From Heptranchias perlo (Eukaryota), in assembly GCF_035084215.1 (NCBI RefSeq), contig NC_090366.1, positions 3,534,001 to 3,598,000 on the forward strand: a DNA stretch of 64,000 nucleotides, in the 5' to 3' direction. The position numbers and the translations under genes were made by a program. The notes under the pieces were generated by a model. It ran no database searches. It was not told the origin of the DNA and was given only the letters and a program-made list of their open reading frames with translations. Of this stretch, positions 12,641-24,662 are shown in pieces (position 1 is the stretch's first letter; each line of letters begins with the position of its first letter).

Positions 12641-14812
12641 TCACTTAAATTTAATTGCGGTGTATTCACTGGATTCCTCAGTGTGGGGATATCTTTCAAG
12701 CTTGCGAAAGTTTCAAACATTGGCCACTGCATACAAAACCTCTTCACACCAATGTTTGTACACAGACCAATGATTCAATACAGGCCTTGGCTCTATAACA
12801 TAAAGTACTGCCTTAGACATGGAGTTATTGTTCCGGGTGAGAGTGCGCGTTCAGTACCGGAATAATCCGCTTCATCCCACCTCTGGCACGAATCTATTGT
12901 TCGTACTGAGTTAGGGGAACATTTTGAGCTTCACAACATACAATCATACGAAAAGACGGGAAGGAAAAGACCGACTAGTCCATCGAGCATGAACCAAACT
13001 GTCATTTCCCAACAATGTATCAGGACACCAGCCTTCCCTCCCACCATGACGAACTGTCCAGGAAGAGGCAAAAACATAGTAAAAAGCATTAGGCCACTTC
13101 ATCAAAAAATATATGTTAAATTCCTCTCTGATCACTAAAAGGAGTTAGAGGTTGATAACAGTGCCGATGAAGTAAATTAAACAACATCCAACCTATGGTT
13201 TGAATGCCAGGAGGGAACACATCCAGTTGCTTTATGAACTTTTGCAGATTCCTCTCCAACTTCACCAGGACACCGACTGCAATCAGAATGATAACTGCGG
13301 CGGTTGTTCTTATTCGCATGGCTATTATCAATGAAAATGTAACTAAAATATTCAAAAGAAAAAGCTTGCTGCTCACTATTCTTCCAAGATTACAACACGG
13401 TATGAGGATAGTATTTATCAGCTTGTATGGGAATCTGTAAACATTACAGCCCAGCGTTACACTTCTTAACTAAACAATGGAGGGAGCTTCTGCAAGTTGC
13501 CGAGAATTCAATTATTTCTGTTCAATTCAAAACCTAACACACATCTCGGTATTATTCAATGTACCAGCAGCCTCCCTGTAGCTTGTGACGTAGGTGAGGA
13601 GTATCACGATATATTTCCATTCTAGGCTTAAGTTAAATGGCACTGAGAAGATGGAACATAAACGACAAAAGGAACAAATGAAGAAAAAAATCCTGAAATA
13701 GAAAGATTGACATGAGATCTGGAAGCGTGTTCTTCTATAATATTCCGGGCATTAGTTTTATTCAGTCGGAATTAATAGTCACCTTCATCGATGTCTTTTA
13801 TCCGTAAGAAATATTGTTTTTTTGTGAAGTCGCTGGTGAACTCACCTCTCCCTCTATAGATCAAGTTTATATTGTCTAGGCCTCTGGGATCAGGGACAAT
13901 AAAGACCCCTCGGGTTCCACGATCAGAACCCATCTTCAACCACATACCCCGTGGGTTGCGGCCATAGACGGGATAATCACATTTGCACTGGATCTCTGCA
14001 CATGAACCGCTCACTTCCGTCACAAAGCATGGCATCGCCACAGACCATGGTGACCTATGGACAACTGATGATAAATAGAAATTTAGCACCCGTTGAAATC
14101 CCCAATATCGTTCCATTTCAAACATTCCAGAAAAGTCCAGCTAAATGCTTTTAAATTACTCTTTAATGCTGAAATAGCCACTTCGTGAATTTACAAATCA
14201 CTAACTAACCATATAACACGTCTGTAATTAATTACTTTGATAGTTTTCCACAAGATGGAAAACGTCGCCAGCAGAAATAATTAGAACGAATATTTTAATT
14301 CCAGGGATGAAGGGCTTTAGTTATATGGATAGATTGGAGAAGCTGGCGTTGTTCTCCTTATAACAGAGAAGGTTGTGAGGTGATTTGATAGAGGTTTTGA
14401 AAATCATGAGCGGCATAAATAGAGTCGATAGAGAGAAACTATTCGCATTGGCAGAAGGGTCAAGAAGCAGAGGTCATAGATTTAATGTGATTGGCAAAAG
14501 AACCAAAGGTGACATGAGGAAAAGCTTTTTTACACAGCAAGTGGTTAGGATCTGGAATGCGCTGCCAGAGAGGATGGTGGAGGCAGATTTAATTATGGCC
14601 TTCAAAGAGGAACTGGATAAATACTTGAAAGGAAAAACAATGCAGGGCTACGGGGAAAGGGCGAGGAAGTGAGACCAGCTGGATTGCTCTTGCATAGAGT
14701 CGGCACAGAGTTGACAGGCCGAATGGACTCCTTCCGCGCAGTAACTTTTCTTTTATTCTATGATTTAACCTTCGCTAAATAATAAGAGAGAAACGAACTT
14801 CATATTCTTCAT
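12641..14812 (-). pseudogene. Compact Siglec-like pseudogene A2: signal 14770-14812, V-set 13693-14064, TM 13252-13342, tail 12641-12792
   Basis: MKNMKFVSLLLFSE|VVHRSPWSVAMP..SGSCAEIQC..GMWLK..YRGRGEFTSD..LRIKDIDEGDY*FRL; in-frame TAA at 13772-13774. V and TM donors read GA instead of GT. Tail EEVLYAVANV*..SSEYTAIKFK* contains stops. Confidence 0.85.
14295..14765 (+). mobile_element. CR1 3' fragment inserted just inside intron 1 of A2 (paralog 49375-49840)
   Basis: ORF 14385-14672 includes RSRGHRF..FFTQQVVRIWNALP. Present in both duplicate copies and absent from intron 1 of A1. Confidence 0.85.
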
Positions 14813-15229
14813 CACTACAGACGGTTCATGATGTAAACACAATAAAAAAACAGCTATCTCAATCAGATCTAAGACTAATCACGGGTCTGGATTCCGCTCG
14901 CTGGGAATATATTCGATGTCGATGACAATCGAAATAGAGTATTGGAAGACCAGCTGTTGGGCACCAGCCAATAATTGGGAACCATGTGAACTCACACAGC
15001 TTGAGAAACCCCTTCACTGTTAGTGACCATAACTGCTCGCACTCTCGAACAGTTCGAATATGAAGAGGGACATCTATGTGAGACCATTGTTACTGGATAT
15101 AACGTCAACATAGCGCCAGACTCTCGATCAGAGAATTATCCCTCCCCCTCATCAGCCACACATTTACTGGACAGGAAGTAACATTTAAGATTCGAATATC
15201 TAAAATAACCCGGTATACAAACGTTAGCC

Positions 15230-15830
15230 TTTCATCTCCCACATGTTTAACTACTTGGCTGTCATTGCGCCAAGAACGAGACGGTGTGGTTAGTTTTGCA
15301 GCCGCTGTCTCCAGACATGTGGGTTTATCACCTTCAGTGTTTGGAGACACAATATGTATCTGAAATGTCAAAGGCACAAAAGAGTTTGCTATATTTCGAA
15401 GTGACCTCAACAGTTTATTTTCACTCTCCAACGATGTGAAATCTGCTGAAATTAACTCATTTATAACCCGGTGGCTACAGTGACCGGTGTGTGATTAAGA
15501 ACGAGATCTGGGGCGTGTGACTTGAGCTTTTAGATTCGAGTGTCAATGCTGGAGAAAACCATATGGATATTTTTATCTGCATCAATTTGAGTTGATCAGT
15601 GTAAACAAATTCTGGATCCAATCGGGAACTCAATCAAACCCCATCCACTTTAAGCATTAGGCGCCATTAGCGTTTGATTGAGACCGAATCAGTTCAAACT
15701 AATTCTGCCAGCAGGAGGTAAAAGGCCCGTGTTATTACTGCCGTGAAACTGAGGTCCAGAGTCAATTGCCATTTTATATTACAGATCACAGTGAAGTGAC
15801 CGGATGAGCCTCGTACAGTTTGCTCAAAAT
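15230..15830 (-). promoter_or_regulatory. Conserved upstream non-coding block of the Siglec-like genes (paralogs ~29390-30030 and ~50330-50900)
   Basis: Shared motifs 5' of three signal exons: tgtggttagtt..gccgctgtctccag (RUNX-type TGTGGTT), tttatca (GATA) and aaatctgctgaaattaactcatttata. Confidence 0.45.
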
Positions 15831-15979
15831 TCTTTTTAGTTTTATTCAATTTCACTGATCGGTTGGCGATGTGGTGGTTATGTCACTGGACTCATAATCC
15901 CGAGAACGTGAGTTCAGAATCCCACCATGGCAGTTTGAGAATATGAATTCAGTTTTTAAAAATCTGGAAAGAGAAAGCT

Positions 15980-16398
15980 GCCTCTGAGTCAGAAGTTTGT
16001 AGGTTCAATCCCACTCCAGTGACTTGAGCACAAAATCTAGGATGAGATTCCCGTGCTGTCCTGGGGGGTGCTGCACTGTCAGAGGCGTTGTCTTTCAGAT
16101 CAGAAATTAAACCGAGGACCCATCAGCTCTTTCTGGTGGACCTAAAATATCCCACGACACTATTTCGAAGAAGAGCAGGGGTGTTCTCCCTGGTGTCCTG
16201 GCCAACATTTATCCCTCAATCAACACCACCAAACAGCACGTTACCTGGTCAATATCACACTGCTGTTTGTGGTACATTGCTTTGTTCAAATTGGCTCCCG
16301 CGCTTCCTACCACAGTGACGACAATTCAAAAAAGGCCTTCATTGGCTGTAAAGCGCTTTAGGTCGTGAAAGGCGCTATATAAATGCAAGTGTTTCTTT
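15980..16398 (+). mobile_element. Deu-domain tRNA-derived SINE (SacSINE1/AmnSINE-like); paralog 51055-51472
   Basis: cctctgagtcagaag..ggttcaatcccactcc..gacttgagcac..gaagaagagcagggg..atttatccctcaa..ttcattggctgtaaagcgc..gtgaaaggcgctatataaatgcaagt. Confidence 0.8.
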
Positions 16399-17829
16399 AA
16401 AAACTCAACTGGTTCACTCATGTCATTGAGCCAAGGGAACATGCTGTCCTTAGCCAGTCTGCGCCTATGTGTGTCTCCTGTCCCACATCAACGGGGTTGA
16501 CACTTAACTGCCCTCTGAAGTGGCCTAGCAAGCCATTCAACCGTATCAAACTCAGGACAGCTCGAGGTGAGAAATAAATTGGCCCGTTTCCAGCGACCTG
16601 ACCTTCTCGATATTTTGTTTTTGAAATGCTAAGCCTGAATCCGGAGCAGAAAGGCTGACAGTAGAGATTCGCCAAACCCAAAGATCCACCCTTTATACTT
16701 CCTTCCCTTCTGCATGATGCCGGTGAAATCACAATAAATAAACTGATGGAAGTTTAAACCCGAAAAATCGTTTGTTACAATGGGCTGGGAGAGGGTGCAA
16801 ACAAACCCAGCCCCGGATAGAGACAGTGAACGCTATTCGATAGGGCTTTGTAATATGTTAGCAAAGATAGGTCTTAAATGAAAACAACGGTCGAATTTTA
16901 AAAAAATATTTATTTTACTAGAGCAGATAAAAAAAGTTTCAATTCTCATTGACGATTAAAGCCCATTTTCCGACGCTTTTCACAAGTGTATTTGGAAAGG
17001 AAACACGTGTTCGGATTGCAAATCAAATGATCTCACAAAGATTTAAAAATGTTAGCATGATGTCCATTCCCACAGCACTTCCTGGAATGTGAAGTTCCTG
17101 ATCTAGCTCAGAAAACCAATTGTGTGAAGATGCTAACGAGCTCCCTCTCTCCGAACGCTGTAAATCCTGCTTCATTTCACTCAAATTGAATTGCTCCGTA
17201 TTCACTGGACTCCTCATTCCGCAGATATTCTTCATGTTTTCGAACGTTTGATACTTTGACAGCTGCGTACAGCACATTTTCTCTTTGAGCTAGTTGGTTG
17301 GAGGCAGCCCCTCGAACATCAGTGTTTGCATACTGCCCTTGGCTCTGTAACAGAAAGTGAGAATTAGATATGGAACTACTGCCGGTTGGGAGTGCGCTTC
17401 CTGTGCCAGAATAACTCGCCTTATTCCCTACCTGGTGCATTCTAATGTTCCTACTCAGTGTGAAAAGCATTTGAAGTTCTAATACAATAAGTAACGTGTG
17501 TTTACATAATACCTCATTACAGCGTCTTGTAACCAACGGATTACATTTAAAGTACATCAGCTAATTTGCCCACAATAAAAGGAAATGAGTAAAATGACCT
17601 GGCGATCCATTTTGGTGGTGTTTTGAACAATTTTAACCATGACAGGTGGAGAAATCGCTACTCTTCTTCCAATAGTGCATTGAGATTTCTAACTTCCAAC
17701 TGAACTACTGGAACAGGCAGCCAAGGCCCTGGATTAAGCAGTCATTTGAAAGACGGCACCTCCCTTAATGCAGCACTTGCTCTGTACTACATCCCGGTCA
17801 CACTCTAGATGGAAGGCTCAAAATGTGAC

Positions 17830-18182
17830 TTAGAAACATAGAAACATTGAAAATAGGAGCAGGAGTAGGCCATTCGGCCCTTCAAGCCTGCTCCGCCATG
17901 CAATATGATCATGGCTGATCCTCTATCTCAATACCATATTCCCGCTCTCTCCCCATCCCCCTTAATGCCTTTTGTGTCTAGAAATCTATCTACTTCCTTC
18001 TTAAATATATTCAGTGACTTGGCCTCCACAGCCGTCTGTGGTAGAGAATTCCACATGTTCACCACCCTCTGAGGGAAGAAATTTCTCCTCATCTCAGTCC
18101 TAAATGTCGTACACCATATCCTGGGACTCTGACCCCTCGCTCTGGATCCCGCCAGCCAAGGGAAACATCCTCCCTGCATCCA
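17830..18182 (-). mobile_element. CR1 3' fragment (paralog 52915-53260)
   Basis: ORF 17928-18251 includes EMRRNFFPQRVVNMWNSLP; tail agaaacatagaaac. Confidence 0.85.
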
Positions 18183-18969
18183 CGTTTGGTGACGTAGTTT
18201 TTGAACCACCAACACTGTGAAACAGACCGTGGGCGCGACGAAAGGAGCCAAACCAATATTAATGCCCTGAATATTAATCCTCTGTGCGCCTGGCGGATAC
18301 CAGGTAGGGCACTTGAAATCTAGCGGGCTACTTATCTACCCCTTTCCCACCCAGATATGACCGCCTGCAATTTTAAATTGCAGGGGGCAAGGGCATCCAC
18401 CGCAAGACGGCGGGGCCCTCTTTAAATATGCAGTTCGGGCTCCATATCCGGCATTGGAGCCCAATGTGTCATTTTAGCCCGAAGCCTTAGCGAGGGACAC
18501 GTGTCTGGAGCTGAATGGTGGCCAGAACAGCCCCAGTATGATTTATTTCTTATTTCGGTTTCCTTGTGGGCAAGGAGTGGAAGGAGTACTGCGTCTGGCG
18601 CCACAAAGAAACCTTATGGCTGCCTTGTCGCGGGCTCCTCTCCCCCTACCCAGATTAACTTCGCCCCCACTTCCAACCCTTACCTGACTTTTGTGGACTA
18701 TTCCCGCGGTCGCAAGCAGCGGCCGGCCAGGCAATCATTTATGTCGGGGCTTGGATATGGAAATGAGGCACCGGGCGTAAAATCTATCCGGCTTTCGGCA
18801 GGCGAGCATGTTGCTCAACCAAGCCCCTCGCACGGACCGATCGCACCCCACAATAAAATAGGGACGTAAAATCCAGGGAGGAAAATGCAGATAGTCCCAG
18901 AGAACTGCAATGCGGTTTGTCGCTTCTCAGGCCCGTCACACACTGTGATCGTGCTGAGAATTTAAACCA

Positions 18970-19160
18970 ACGGACATAAGAAATAGCAGCAGGTGGAGCC
19001 CATAGGGCCCCTCGAGCCTGCTCTGCCGTTCAATAAGTTCATAGCTGAACAACGACCTGAACGAAACTTTCCTCCACAATCCCCATATCCCTTGATTCCG
19101 TTAGAGTCCAAAAATCTATCCATCTCAGCCTTGAATATACTCAACCACTGATTATTCACA
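18970..19160 (-). mobile_element. Short CR1 3' tail fragment (paralog 54145-54360)
   Basis: LSIFKAEMDRFLDSNGIKGYG plus a 3' UTR like that at 313-500. Confidence 0.75.
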
Positions 19161-21179
19161 GTCCCCCGGGTGTCACAATGTCATGAGGGAGGGCAGTGCA
19201 AGATTTTTTTCCTTAAGAGATATGAGAAAACGATTTTCTTCGACTGACTTTGATTTCAATAAAATCCCCAATAATGTAAACGTCGATGACCGATTTATCA
19301 GGTCATGACCAGCGCATCAGTTCCTGTTAGTAGGCTGAGGTGGCCATTCAACCCTTTAAAAATTCCGTCAAACTATTTTCTAAAGCACCCGTTAAACCGT
19401 TGCGTTGTGTGTTGAATGTCATTCCCACTGGTTACAAACAGAGCAAATATCAGGTAGGTAACTCCAGCGAATGCTGGATAATTTCCATATGCTCACTTAC
19501 CTCATTGTTAAACGGGTGCTGCACTGCAGCGTAAATCACGGAATCGCTGTTTGTTGGGGGGACAGTAACGGTGTCTCTTGTCTTCTTGCTGATTCAAAAC
19601 AATACAAACAATCAAAATCTCATAACTGCTGATATTTAAAGTTAATAAATCTTCTGGTGCCCTATGTTGAACTACGTCATCGAGGATTTGTGTATATAAC
19701 GTTTCCTGATTAGCATAGACATGATTTCATTCCAGTTTCTGTTCTATCCTTACGCTTCCATATTTCTGAATGAGGATTTATCTCTATCCCGTGAAGCTGG
19801 ATAATGAATTGGCGCAGTCTGCACTTGGAGAAAAGATTAGCCTGGACAGTGTGTTATCACACTTGGAGATAGATTGCTAACAACTGTTCAAAAACCGGAC
19901 ACAGGAGTTGCATACATTGAGGTAACACCTTGTTAAAATAGGAAATAGAGGAGTTTTATCAAGTGTGTTCCCACTTTATTAAGTAGCGGGGTTGTTTTAA
20001 TTGATTATTAACACTATTTGAACTGCAGGTATGAGCTTCACAAATTAACACCTTATTAAGTAGCAGAGAAGTGGTTAAAGAGGCGGGATTTGCAGACATT
20101 GGCTTAACATATTGCCGAAAGAGCAGTCGGAAGAGTTTCCTGCGATATATTAACACATTTCTAAAATTACAGACGGGACTTTTATGTTGTGTGTTACCAC
20201 ATTCGTTACTGGTATTGAACAGTTGAATTCCAACCGATTAGATTTTTGAAAAGAGGAATAAATTAACTTTCTTCTGATTCAGTTTGAAAACCTGGGGTCG
20301 AATTTCTGATATTTCTTATATTTTTTGTGAAGTTAAGCTAGTTTGTGATTTTCTGAGTTTTTTTATGGTAAATTGGAGGCAACAACCACCTTCGCTCACA
20401 GAAGAATGTTGGAGCTCATTGAGATCCCGTTGTTGCCAGTGTGTGGTTCTAATCAGGCATGGGTATGAGGGAAAAGCCTGATATTTTTTAAACCACAAAC
20501 ATCTTTTGTGATTAAGTAACACGTCTTCGAAGAAGCTGCTTTTTTTAGAATCGCCGAGCTGTTTAAATTTAGATGCTCCCAATTACTTTTTTGAAAGTAT
20601 TTAACAGCCAATCTTTCAGCTGACAGCAATGCTGACAGTAGCCTTGGAAGGAAATTAGTGAAACTAAATAGGTTCATCAGGAAAAGAGACACAGGAAAAT
20701 AACTCATTTCTCCTATAATATTTTCTCTACTCCATTAGTAATAACTACCATCATACTATTATTGGACAGATTAACATTTGTATAAATCCCTCCATGGTTT
20801 CACCCCACCCGGCACATGTAACAGCCTCTCGCCCCACAATAAACCCCGCGCATCGAACTCTGTGATGTTCTGACTCTCGCCTCTTATTTCCCTCTTCCCT
20901 CCACCCACAATTGGCGGACGTGCCTTCAGCTAGTGAGCCCACAGAGTCTGGAATTACCTGCTCAGAGCCTTTCACAACTCCATCTCACTCTTCTCCAAGG
21001 GGGCCCTCCTTAAAACCCATCTCCTTGACCAAGATTTTACTCACCGCTCATAATATCAGATTCTTTGAATCCGTTTCCGATTAGTTTTTCCTTGTAGCTC
21101 TTTTAAACCCTTGGGACGGGTTAGTACAAGGTGCTTTAGAAATTTAACTTGGTTTTTTTGGCACTTGAGTCCAAAATTA

Positions 21180-21570
21180 AGAAGAATGACCTTGCAATTA
21201 TAGATTGCCTTTATCTGAAGGTCTCTCTCCAAAGCACTTCACAGCCAAATAATTAATTTTGCAAACTGTTGTTTCGTAGACAAACACGGCAGCTATTTTG
21301 AGCATAGCAAGATCCCACACGAGTTAAGTGAACAGTTAATCTGTTTTCCTGGCTTGACTGGCTGGATATATGTTTGCCATGACACTTGGTGAACTCCCTT
21401 CTCTTCCGCCAATATTATTAAGTGATATTCCATATCCGCTTGAGCATACAGACGATGCTTTGGTTTAATTTCTGATATGAAAGAAGGCACCTCCCACAAT
21501 GCTGCACTCCACTACAGTGGTGTGTCCGGCTCGATGCGGTGCTCATGATTTATTTGGATGCTGGAACCAC
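21180..21570 (-). mobile_element. Degenerate Deu-SINE copy (paralog ~56335-56740)
   Basis: Reverse complement of the SINE body at 15980 (aaagcacttcacagccaa, aagatcccac, ggcacctcccacaatgctgcactcc). Confidence 0.6.
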
Positions 21571-21719
21571 AAGCTTTAAACTTAGAAGCGAAGGAGAGGA
21601 AGCCAAGGTCGAGAATAGGATTTTTCTGGTCTGTTAATCGAGCTGGGAGAAGTGATAGACAACTCTTAGCTGAGTTTCAGGGTCAAAGCTTTCAAGGGTT
21701 AATTATTTGAAGAAATAGC

Positions 21720-22595
21720 ATCATATTAATGCAGTATAGTACAGCACAGAAGGAGGCCATTCGGCCCCTCGCGCCTGTTCCGGTTATTTGAAAGAGCTAT
21801 CCAATTCGTCCCACTCCACTGCTCTTTTCCCATAGATATGATTTGTTTCCCCTTCAAGTATTTATCCAAGTCATTTTTGAAAGTTATTTTTGAATCTGCT
21901 TCTACCGCTCTTTCATGAAGTGCTTTCCAGATCATAACAACTCATTGTTTGAAAAAATGTTTGCTCATGTCGCCTCGAGTTCTTTGAGAATCACCTTAAA
22001 TCTGTGTCCTCTGTGTCCTCTTCTGCCACTGGAAACAGTTTCCCCTCATTTATTCTATCAAAACCGTTCATGATTTTGAACACCTCTATTAAATCTCCTC
22101 TTAAACATCTCTGCTGTAAGGAGAACAATCTCAGCTCCTCCAATTAATCCACATGACTGAAGTCCCTCATGCCTGGTCCCATTCTAGTAAATCTCCTCTG
22201 CACCCTCTCCAAGACCTTTACATCCTTCCTAAATTGAGATGCCCAGAATTGAACACAATACTCCAGCTGGGGCCTACCCAGTGTTTCATAAAGGTTTAGC
22301 ATGACTTCCTTGCTTTTGCACTCTATGCTTCTATTGATAAAACACAGGATCCCAAATGCTTTTAAACGATCTTGTCGACTTTTCCTGTCACCTTCACACT
22401 CTGAGTTCTCTGTTCCTGCACTCCCTTCAAAATTGTACCATTTACTTTATATTGCTTCCCATTATTCTTCCTACCAAAATGAATCACTTCACACTGCGTT
22501 AAATTTCATTTGTCATGTGTCAGCCCATTTCACAAATCTGTCCATGTCCTCCTGATATCTGTTACTATCCTCTACACTGTTGACTATAATAGTTT
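21720..22595 (-). mobile_element. Degenerate CR1 fragment (paralog 56880-57720)
   Basis: Peptides IWKALHERAVEADSKITFKNDLDKYLKG; the paralog gives MKFNSEKCEVIHFGRKN. Confidence 0.8.
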
Positions 22596-23819
22596 CTCAG
22601 TTGCAGAAATCCTGATGCCATGGACCCCTTTCAGATCTGTGATTGGCACATGACTTCATGTGAACTGTGCACCACACATACCTCAGTGCCATAACCGCGA
22701 TCAGAAACAGGATGATCAAAGTGGCCGCTGCTGCAACTGGGATGACAATTTTCCAAGGAAAAGTTCCTGAAATATTCAAAAAGACCTTGTTGTTCATTAT
22801 TGCTCTACGATTACAACATGGTATTAGGATCACTTTAATCCGCCTGAATTGGCAAGTTCCCTCTATGTTCACATCTCAAAAGCAAGAATCAAAGATTTTA
22901 TATCTTTACTGAAACCTCAGAACTCTGACCCGGCGATTAAAGGACGGACGATTTGAAAATGGTCCCAAATCTAATCTCCCTAAAAATCGTCAATGTGCTT
23001 CATTAATATATTGGGAAATATTTGCAGAAAATGCACAGGGCAGCATTTAAACTGATTACTTTTTCCCCGAACTAACACTGGATTTCCCACATCGTTTTAC
23101 CCTTGTTGTGAGTGTTCTGTAAATTTAAAATAAATATTTATGGATTGAATTCCTCTCTGTTCCGTTCATATCAAATTATGGAAAGAGAAATGTACACGGA
23201 CAGTCCATCGAATACACCTCTGCCTCGATAAAACAGTCGGATTCTTTTAATGCAACTGGGACACTTGTTAAAATGCAACATCGGGTCACGAAGCAACAAA
23301 CGAACCCCCCTCACACGGTGCCTTATTTACTTTAGCAGGATGATATCTGCCTTGAATGGATGTTATTGAGGACTGTATAAAGCACAACAAAGAATTCAGT
23401 CTCCAATCGCGAATGTGTGAAAATATCCATCTCACAAACATGGGTCGATTCGCTTGAATTCAGTCTCTCATCTTCAATTATCCCAGGTATTCGGGTATTC
23501 AGACTCCATTTTCAGAATTACCCAAATTAACAGTCTTCTCAGAACATCTTCAGGAAAGCAATCCCAGGAGCAGTCTGAAATAGCTGTAAGAGCTGCTTAG
23601 TTCTACTGTATGAACAAGATAGAACTGAGCAAGTATGAATTCAATGATGCATCCAGCCCGCGACTGTTGTAGTGCGAGACAACCTGACTTCAGAAAGCGT
23701 CGAGTTAATTCTGAAGATTCTGTTTTGTTCAAAATCGCATGGCACTTATACTGTTTTATATTAATCCCTTCCGATTTGCGCAAAACAAAGCAACAATAAA
23801 TACATCCGGTAAATCAGTG

Positions 23820-24662
23820 ACACATCTGCAGCAAGACCTGGACAACATCAGGCTTGGGCTGATAAGTGGCAAGTAACATTCGCGCCAGACAAGTGCCAGG
23901 CAATGACAATCTCCAACAAGAGAGAATCTAACTGCCTCCCGTTGACATTCAACGACATTACCATCGCCGAAGCCCCCGCCATCAACATCCTGGGGGTCAC
24001 CATTGACCAGAAACTTCATTGGACCAGCCACATAAATACTGTGGCTACAAGAGCAGGTTAGAGGCTCGATATTCTGCGGGGAGAGACTCACCTCTTGACT
24101 CCCCAAAGCCTTTCCACCATCTACAAGGCCCAAGTCAGGAGTGTGATGGAATACTCTCCACTTGCCTGGATGAGTGCAACTCCCGCAACACTCAAGAAGC
24201 TCGACAACATCCAGGACAAAGCAGCCCGCTGGATTGGCACCCCATCCACCACCCTAAACATTCACTCCCTCCAACACCGGCGCACTGTGGCTGCAGTGTG
24301 CACCATCCACAGGATGCACTGGAGCAACTCGCCGAGGCTTCTACCACAGCACCTCCCAAACCCGCGACCACTAACACCGAGAAGGACAAGCGCAGCAGGC
24401 ACATGGGAAAAACACCACCTGCACGTTCCCCTCCAAATCACACACCATCCCGACTTGGAAATATATCGGCCGTTCCTTCATCGTTTCTTGGTCAGAATCC
24501 TGGTACTGCCTTCCTAACAGCACTGTGGGAGAACCTTCACCACACGGACTGCAGCGGTTCAAGGAGGCGGCTCACCACCACCTTCTCAAGGGCAATTAGG
24601 GATGGGGAATAATTGCTGGCCGCGCCAGCGACGCCCACATCACGTGAACGAATAATAAAAAA
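23820..24662 (+). mobile_element. LINE 3' fragment, second family (CR1/L2 superclade); paralog 58955-59800
   Basis: LQQDLDNI..W..KWQ..FAPDKCQ; LSTIYKAQVRSVMEYSPLAW..SLQHRRTVAA; ends in cccacatc..gaataataaaaaa. Confidence 0.85.

Noticed and set aside
12401-12865. 154-aa plus-strand ORF and similar ORFs at 13204, 22667, 47557, 48274, 57790
   Set aside because: Antisense to the minus-strand TM and tail exons.
18190-18880. GC-rich segment as a CpG-island promoter
   Set aside because: Intronic and flanked by LINE fragments; it looks like a dispersed repeat relic, but I could not define its termini.
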